A stretch of 64,000 bases of DNA. Origin: Candidatus Nitrospinota bacterium M3_3B_026 (lineage in GTDB: Bacteria; Nitrospinota_A; UBA7883; JBPRGF01). The notes beneath the pieces were generated by a model that saw only the letters and a list, made by a program, of their open reading frames with translations, did no database searches and was not told where the DNA came from. The position numbers were made by a program, and so were the translations under genes. The stretch covers positions 1 to 64,000 of the forward strand of contig JBPRGF010000017.1 in assembly GCA_051418015.1 (NCBI GenBank), given 5' to 3'. Shown one piece after another: positions 58,934-64,000 of the stretch (its first letter is position 1; every line of letters begins with the position of its first letter).

Positions 58934-61564
58934 TCAAAGATATTCGCGAAGCTTGCGGGCCTTCTCTTTGTAGTCCTCCAGCCTGGCCCTGTCCTTTTCC
59001 ACCACCTCCTGCGGGGCGTTTTCCACGAATTTCTTGTTCGAAAGCTTCCTTTCGAAAAACTCGATCTCTTTTTCCATCCTGGCAAGCTCTTTTTCCGCCC
59101 TGGCGCGGGACTGCTCGTCCGTGGCCGGGGACGGCGGCGTCACGAAAACCTCCGCGCCGCCCGCCACGCCGACGAGAGCGTTTTCGGGTTTTTCGGAAGG
59201 GTCGGTTATGACCGTGATTTTCGCGTTCGCCAGCTTGCCGATGAACGGCCCCTGGCGGCGGAGAACGTCCAACAGCTTTTCATCGTCCCTGGCAAGGATA
59301 ACCGCGTCCAGCCCCGTGGAAGGCTTCGCGCCAAGTTCGGCGCGGATGTTTCTTATGGCCACGGTGACGTCCATCACAGCGCCCATCTCCTCCTCGGCCT
59401 CCTCGTCGATGAGCGCGTCGTCCACCTTCGGATACTCCGCCAGCGCCAGCAGGCCGCCGCCGGGTTTCACCTTCTCCCACAGCTCCTCGGTGACGAAGGG
59501 CATGATGGGACTCAAAAGCCGCAACGTCCGCTCCAGCGTGAAGGCCAGGACGTTCCGCGCCGCATCCCCCCCCGGCTCCTTGTCCGTAAGCCGCGGCTTG
59601 ATCATCTCCAGGTACCAGTCGCAGAACTCGCCCCAGACGAAGTGATAAAGCCGTCCCGCGGCCTCGTTGAACTTAAACTCCTCGAACGCTTCCCGGACGG
59701 CGGCGGTTGTCTTCTGAAGCCGCGAGAGGATCCACCTGTCGGCGATGTCGAGGTCGTTCCTTTTTACGCTTACACCCGTCAGGTCGAACCCTTCGAGGTT
59801 CATGAGGGCGAAACGCGAGGCGTTCCATAGCTTGTTTACAAAATTTCTGTATCCCTCGATGCGCTCCTCGGAAAGTTTTATGTCGCGCCCCTGCGCCGCC
59901 AGCGCGGCCAACGTCATCCGCATGGAGTCGGCGCCGTACTTTTCCATGATCTCGATCGGGTCTATGGTGTTGCCTTTCGACTTGCTCATCTTCTGCCCCT
60001 CCGCGTCGCGGACGAGAGCGTGGATATAGACCTTGCGGAAGGGGACGTCGCCGGTGAACTTCAGCCCCATCATTATCATCCTCGCCACCCAGAAGAAGAT
60101 GATGTCGAACGACGTTACGAGGACGGAAGTGGGGTAGAAGGTTTCAAGGGTCTTCGTTTTCTCCGGCCAGCCCATGGTGGAGAAGGGCCACAGGGCCGAG
60201 GAGAACCACGTGTCCAGGACGTCCGTCTCCTGCTCCATGTCCGCCGAGCCGCACTTCGGGCACCGCTCCGGGTCCTCGCGAAGGACGGAAACCTCCCCGC
60301 ACCCGGCGCACGTCCAAGCGGGGATTCTGTGGCCCCACCATATCTGGCGGCTTACGCACCAGTCGCGGATTTTTTTCATCCAGTCGAAGTAAAGGTTCTC
60401 CCAGTTTTTCGGATAGAACCGGACACGTCCATCCTCCACGGCCTCGATGGCGGGCCCGGCCAGCGGCTTCATCCTGACGAACCACTGTTTCGAGACGTTC
60501 GGCTCCACTATGTTGTGGCAGCGGTAGCACTGCCCCACGGCGTGGCGGTGGTCCTCCACCTTCGCAAGCAGCCCCAGTTCCTCGAGCCGCTCGACGATCA
60601 TCCTGCGCGCCTTGAACCTGTCCTCGCCCGCGTATGGCGCGCCCGCCTCGGCGGTCATGCTCCCGTCGTCGCCTATGACCTTCAGCATCGGCAGGCCGTG
60701 GCGCTCGCCGATCTCGAAGTCGTTTGGGTCGTGCGCGGGGGTTATCTTAAGCGCGCCGGACCCGAACTCCCTGTCGACGTACTCGTCGGCGATGATCGGG
60801 ATTTTCCTGTTCACGATGGGCAGGACAGCGGTTTTCCCGACGAGGTTTTTGTAGCGCTCGTCCTCCGGGTGGACGGCGACGGCCGTATCGCCGAGCATCG
60901 TCTCCGGCCGGGTGGTGGCGATGACGAATTCCTTGTCCGCCCCCTCCACGGGGTACCTGATGCTCCACAGATGGCCGCCGCGCTCGTGGTGCTCCACCTC
61001 CACGTCGGACAGCGCCGTGTGGCAGCGGGGGCACCAGTTGATCATGTACTCGCCCTGGTAGATCAGCCCCTGCTCGTACAGCGACACGAAAACCTCCCGC
61101 ACCGCGCGCGAGAGCCCCTCGTCCATCGTGAAACGCTCCCGCTCCCAGTCGAGCGACGCGCCCATCCGTTTAAGCTGGCCGGTTATCCTTCCGCCGTACT
61201 CCTCGCGCCACTTCCAGACGCGCTCGATGAATTTTTCGCGGCCGAGGGCGCGCCTGTCGGTCCCCTCCGCGAGCAGTTGGCGCTCGACGACGTTCTGGGT
61301 GGCGATCCCGGCGTGGTCGGTCCCCGGCATCCAGAGGGCGTTGTGGCCATCCATGCGCTTGTAGCGGACGAGTATGTCCTGCAAGGTGTTGTTCAGGGCG
61401 TGGCCGATGTGCAACGCCCCGGTGACGTTGGGGGGTGGTATCACTATGGAGAAGGGGGGTTTTTCGGACTCGTCCTCGGCGTGGAACGCGTCCTTTTCGA
61501 TCCATTCCCTGCTCCAGCGCTCCTCGGCCTTTTTCGGCTCGTAACGCTTGCCAAGATCGGTCAA
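58934..61564 (-). CDS. valS: Valine-tRNA ligase
   Basis: PPPNVTGALHIGH, DHAGIATQ, KMSKS; TTG start at 61564 with GGGAGAG SD. Confidence 0.97.
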   Translation of the reverse strand: MTDLGKRYEPKKAEERWSREWIEKDAFHAEDESEKPPFSIVIPPPNVTGALHIGHALNNTLQDILVRYKRMDGHNALWMPGTDHAGIATQNVVERQLLAEGTDRRALGREKFIERVWKWREEYGGRITGQLKRMGASLDWERERFTMDEGLSRAVREVFVSLYEQGLIYQGEYMINWCPRCHTALSDVEVEHHERGGHLWSIRYPVEGADKEFVIATTRPETMLGDTAVAVHPEDERYKNLVGKTAVLPIVNRKIPIIADEYVDREFGSGALKITPAHDPNDFEIGERHGLPMLKVIGDDGSMTAEAGAPYAGEDRFKARRMIVERLEELGLLAKVEDHRHAVGQCYRCHNIVEPNVSKQWFVRMKPLAGPAIEAVEDGRVRFYPKNWENLYFDWMKKIRDWCVSRQIWWGHRIPAWTCAGCGEVSVLREDPERCPKCGSADMEQETDVLDTWFSSALWPFSTMGWPEKTKTLETFYPTSVLVTSFDIIFFWVARMIMMGLKFTGDVPFRKVYIHALVRDAEGQKMSKSKGNTIDPIEIMEKYGADSMRMTLAALAAQGRDIKLSEERIEGYRNFVNKLWNASRFALMNLEGFDLTGVSVKRNDLDIADRWILSRLQKTTAAVREAFEEFKFNEAAGRLYHFVWGEFCDWYLEMIKPRLTDKEPGGDAARNVLAFTLERTLRLLSPIMPFVTEELWEKVKPGGGLLALAEYPKVDDALIDEEAEEEMGAVMDVTVAIRNIRAELGAKPSTGLDAVILARDDEKLLDVLRRQGPFIGKLANAKITVITDPSEKPENALVGVAGGAEVFVTPPSPATDEQSRARAEKELARMEKEIEFFERKLSNKKFVENAPQEVVEKDRARLEDYKEKARKLREYL

Positions 61565-61663
61565 ATTAAACTCTCCCGCTCGATCGTAAAACTTAAGATT
61601 ATAACAGACGCCCCGGCCGCCGCGGGCTTTGCGCGGGCGGCCCCGGTGGGTTAAAATTTGATC

Positions 61664-62008
61664 ATGAAGGATATAAAGCCCATAAGAGTCCATCCCGGGA
61701 TCGGCAGGGGGCGGCCGGTTCTGCGGGACCTCGACGACATCCGGCGCCAAATCGGTCAGACGCCGAAGCCGGACATTGTCCCCGACAGGACCATAAAGCT
61801 TGGGACGTGCGGCTTCGAGATGCCGGTGTTGAGGAGCCACTGGGCGCTTTCCGAGATGCGCCCGGGGGAGGTCCTCAGGATGGAGTCCGGCCACACCTGA
61901 GCCTACCCGGACATCCACTCGTGGGTCTCACGAGCTGAAAAGATAGAGCTGGTCGGGGAGGAGATGGACGGCGACACGATGGTCTTCTACCTGCGCCGGG
62001 TTGAGTGA
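61664..62008 (+). CDS. TusA/SirA-fold protein with in-frame UGA at 61898-61900 (candidate selenoprotein, 114 aa)
   Basis: TusA-like pattern continues across the UGA: MPVLRSHWALSEMRPGEVLRMESGHT-U-AYPDIHSW...TMVFYLRRVE; SECIS-like hairpin follows. Confidence 0.72.
61918..61934 (+). promoter_or_regulatory. Putative bacterial SECIS upper stem-loop
   Basis: CTCGTG-GGTCT-CACGAG; loop starts with G, 23 nt after the UGA. Confidence 0.65.
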
Positions 62009-62052
62009 TCGCCTGACGCCGGGAGCCAGCGGCCGCCTTTCGTTGCGGCACG

Positions 62053-62631
62053 TTATTTTACTGTTTCCACCAGTTTTTCGAAATCCACCGCCTTGAAATA
62101 GCTTTCCACGCTGGCCTTGTCCGCGCCCTTTCCCTCGACGGAGACGAGGACTTTGCTGGCCACCATCGCCTGGTAGGAGTTGTCCTTGGAATTGTAGATC
62201 GCCTTCTGCCCGCCTATCACCACAAGCTTGTTGTCGGGGCCGGAGAACTGGGGGTTGGCGAACATCATGCTCATGGCCTGCAACATCGGGGAGTCCGTGG
62301 TGAAGCTTACGGTGATCTCCTTTCCGTCCTTGCGGTAGCGGCGCTCGGCGCTTATCCCTCCGCCGAACATGGCCGCGCCCGCCTGAGAGGTCTTCGCCTC
62401 GCCGGCCTCCCAGCCGGACAGAGGCTTGGGCAGCAGACCCCCTATGACGTCCGCTCGTTTCTGGCGGACAAGCGTGGCGGCGGCGTCCAGCGCCGCGGCG
62501 GCGGTGGAGTAGTCCTTTTTCTTGTAGGCTTTAAGCGCCTCGTCCACCTGGTCCGTAACGTCGTCGGCGAGGGCGGCGCCCGGAAGAGCGAACGAGATCA
62601 CAAAGGCGGCTGCGATGACGTGACGTCTCAT
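62053..62631 (-). CDS. Conserved hypothetical secreted protein
   Basis: Signal peptide (ALA-DD), LPKPLSGW, GGGISAERRY, DSPMLQ. Confidence 0.75.
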   Translation of the reverse strand: MRRHVIAAAFVISFALPGAALADDVTDQVDEALKAYKKKDYSTAAAALDAAATLVRQKRADVIGGLLPKPLSGWEAGEAKTSQAGAAMFGGGISAERRYRKDGKEITVSFTTDSPMLQAMSMMFANPQFSGPDNKLVVIGGQKAIYNSKDNSYQAMVASKVLVSVEGKGADKASVESYFKAVDFEKLVETVK

Positions 62632-62700
62632 GATCCGTTTCTCCATTTCGGATTTTGCGTAAATTGTAATTTTAACGCGGAAATCTCTTTTCCATGCGTA

Positions 62701-62734
62701 ATAAAACACCGGGGCCCGAAAAACAGGGCTCCGG
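62701..62734 (-). terminator. Intrinsic terminator downstream of pstS
   Basis: CCGGAGCCC / GGGCCCCGG stem (one mismatch on this strand) followed by TGTTTTAT on the minus strand. Confidence 0.6.
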
Positions 62735-62757
62735 CTATCCCGCCTTCGCGCGATCTT

Positions 62758-63609
62758 TTACTGAAGCGAGGCTACGGACTCGGCCCTCACGCCTTCCGGC
62801 AAGGGGACGTATCCCGCTCCGATGGACAGCTTCTGCCCCTCGGACGACAGCTCGAACAGGATAAAATCTCTCGCCAGCCCCTTCGGCTTGCCGATGGTGT
62901 ACTGGTAGAGCTTGCGGGAGATGGGATATTTCCCGGCGCTGATGCTCTCCGGCGTGGGCGTGACGCCGTTGACCTTCGACACTTTCACACCCTCGGAGTA
63001 GCTTATGCCGCCGTAGCCTATGGCGTTCTTGTCCTTGGAGACGGCATTGACCACGCTGGCGGTACCGGGCATGTTCTGGCAGTTGGGGGCGTAGTTCTTC
63101 TTACCGAGGACATGTTTCTTGAAAAAGACGTAGGTGCCGGAGTTGTTTTCACGGCTATAGCGGATGATCCTGGCGTCCTTGCCGCCGACCTCTTTCCAGT
63201 TGTTGATCTTGCCGGTGAAGATATCCTTGAGCTGATCCGTCGTAAGCTCGTCAACTGGGTTATCGGCGTTAAGGTAGATGGATATCCCGTCCAGGGCGAC
63301 GGCGACCTCGAAGACCTTTCCGCCCCGTTTCTCGATGATCCTGCGTTCCCTCTTTTTCATGGGGCGGCTCGCGTTGGCGATGTCCACCGTGCCGTTTATC
63401 AGGGCGGCGATCCCCGTTCCGCTGCCGCCGCCTGTGACCTGCACGGCCGCTTCGGGATGTTTTTTCATGTACGCCTCCGCCTCCGCCGCCACCATCTCAA
63501 GCAGCGTGTCACTGCCCTGGATGGTGATCTTCTCCCCGGCATGGGCGGGCATGGCGAAGGCGCCAAGCGCCATGAGGCATGTCAGCAGGTATCTTGCCGT
63601 TTTTCTCAT
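62758..63609 (-). CDS. pstS: Phosphate ABC transporter substrate-binding protein
   Basis: GSDT, GGGSGTG, ASR, RENNSGT, YPISR. Confidence 0.92.
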   Translation of the reverse strand: MRKTARYLLTCLMALGAFAMPAHAGEKITIQGSDTLLEMVAAEAEAYMKKHPEAAVQVTGGGSGTGIAALINGTVDIANASRPMKKRERRIIEKRGGKVFEVAVALDGISIYLNADNPVDELTTDQLKDIFTGKINNWKEVGGKDARIIRYSRENNSGTYVFFKKHVLGKKNYAPNCQNMPGTASVVNAVSKDKNAIGYGGISYSEGVKVSKVNGVTPTPESISAGKYPISRKLYQYTIGKPKGLARDFILFELSSEGQKLSIGAGYVPLPEGVRAESVASLQ

Positions 63610-63626
63610 TCGAATCTCCTTTGTTG

Positions 63627-64000
63627 TTAGATGTTAACCGTTTCGCTTTTCCCATCCATCTTGCCGATGGAAGTTTTCGTGTCCGCCCGCTCAGGCAGCT
63701 CCATGATGAAACACGCGCCTCCCAGCCGGGAAGACTCGCAGGCGTATATCCTTCCTCCGTGCCTTTCCGTGAAGAGGCGGGCGTTGTGAAGTCCCAGCCC
63801 GGCCCCGCTGAAAACCCTCGTGGAGCTCAAGGCTCCGTGTTCGAACCTCTGGAATATCCTCTCCCGCTCCTCCGGGGGAACGCCGGGGCCGGTGTCCTCC
63901 ACCTTCAGAAAAACCACGCCGCCCACCGCCCCCGCCGTGAGGAGGACGCGCCCACCGTTCGGCGTGAACCTGAGAGCGTTGGAGACAATGTTGTTCAGGA
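63627..64000 (-). CDS. C-terminal HATPase domain of a histidine kinase (partial)
   Basis: NNIVSNALRFT, EDTGPG, IFQRF, GAGLGL, HGGRI. Confidence 0.88.
   Translation of the reverse strand, partial: LNNIVSNALRFTPNGGRVLLTAGAVGGVVFLKVEDTGPGVPPEERERIFQRFEHGALSSTRVFSGAGLGLHNARLFTERHGGRIYACESSRLGGACFIMELPERADTKTSIGKMDGKSETVNI

Noticed and set aside
61565..61918. 118-aa N-terminal extension of ValS in the ORF track
   Set aside because: ValS homology starts at the TTG at 61564, which has an SD; the extension overlaps the opposite-strand TusA-like gene

Overview
GC-rich bacterial chromosomal window with two parts. Left (1-18.8 kb) is accessory DNA. It holds a convergent surface-glycan/sugar-tailoring cluster (GT2s, flippase-like protein, GT-C-like membrane protein, sulfotransferase, 4 methyltransferase-type genes, 2 DegT aminotransferases, 2 SDR epimerases, an AT-rich B12 radical SAM gene), a frameshifted IS3-family element and a Doc/AbrB toxin-antitoxin pair. 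It ends at the 3' half of a tRNA-Ala(CGC), which looks like an island att junction. Right (18.8-64 kb) is mostly core: def-fmt, hicAB, a divergent pfk, lepA-lepB, hisS, a sensor kinase, a small flagellar accessory operon, an S8 protease, mqnC, two CNNM/CBS proteins, an M16 peptidase pair, pdxJ, a cheA-cheW-MCP-cheB locus, valS and pstS. The best hidden signal is a TusA/SirA-fold ORF (61664-62008) that reads through an in-frame UGA followed by a SECIS-like hairpin, and that lacks the usual CPxP cysteine: a candidate selenoprotein that the ORF track truncates. Also notable are a CheA with two Hpt domains plus a MshEN-like c-di-GMP motif, a sigma54-driven Zn-ribbon microprotein, a 56-aa PCP_red microprotein missing from the ORF track, and sigma28 and MerR-type promoter geometry before the flagellar operon. 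Gene content (stand-alone PCP_red, DUF507 pair, futalosine pathway) suggests a Nitrospinota/Nitrospirota/deltaproteobacterial-type host (inference only). All family calls come from motif recognition by eye; no searches were run.
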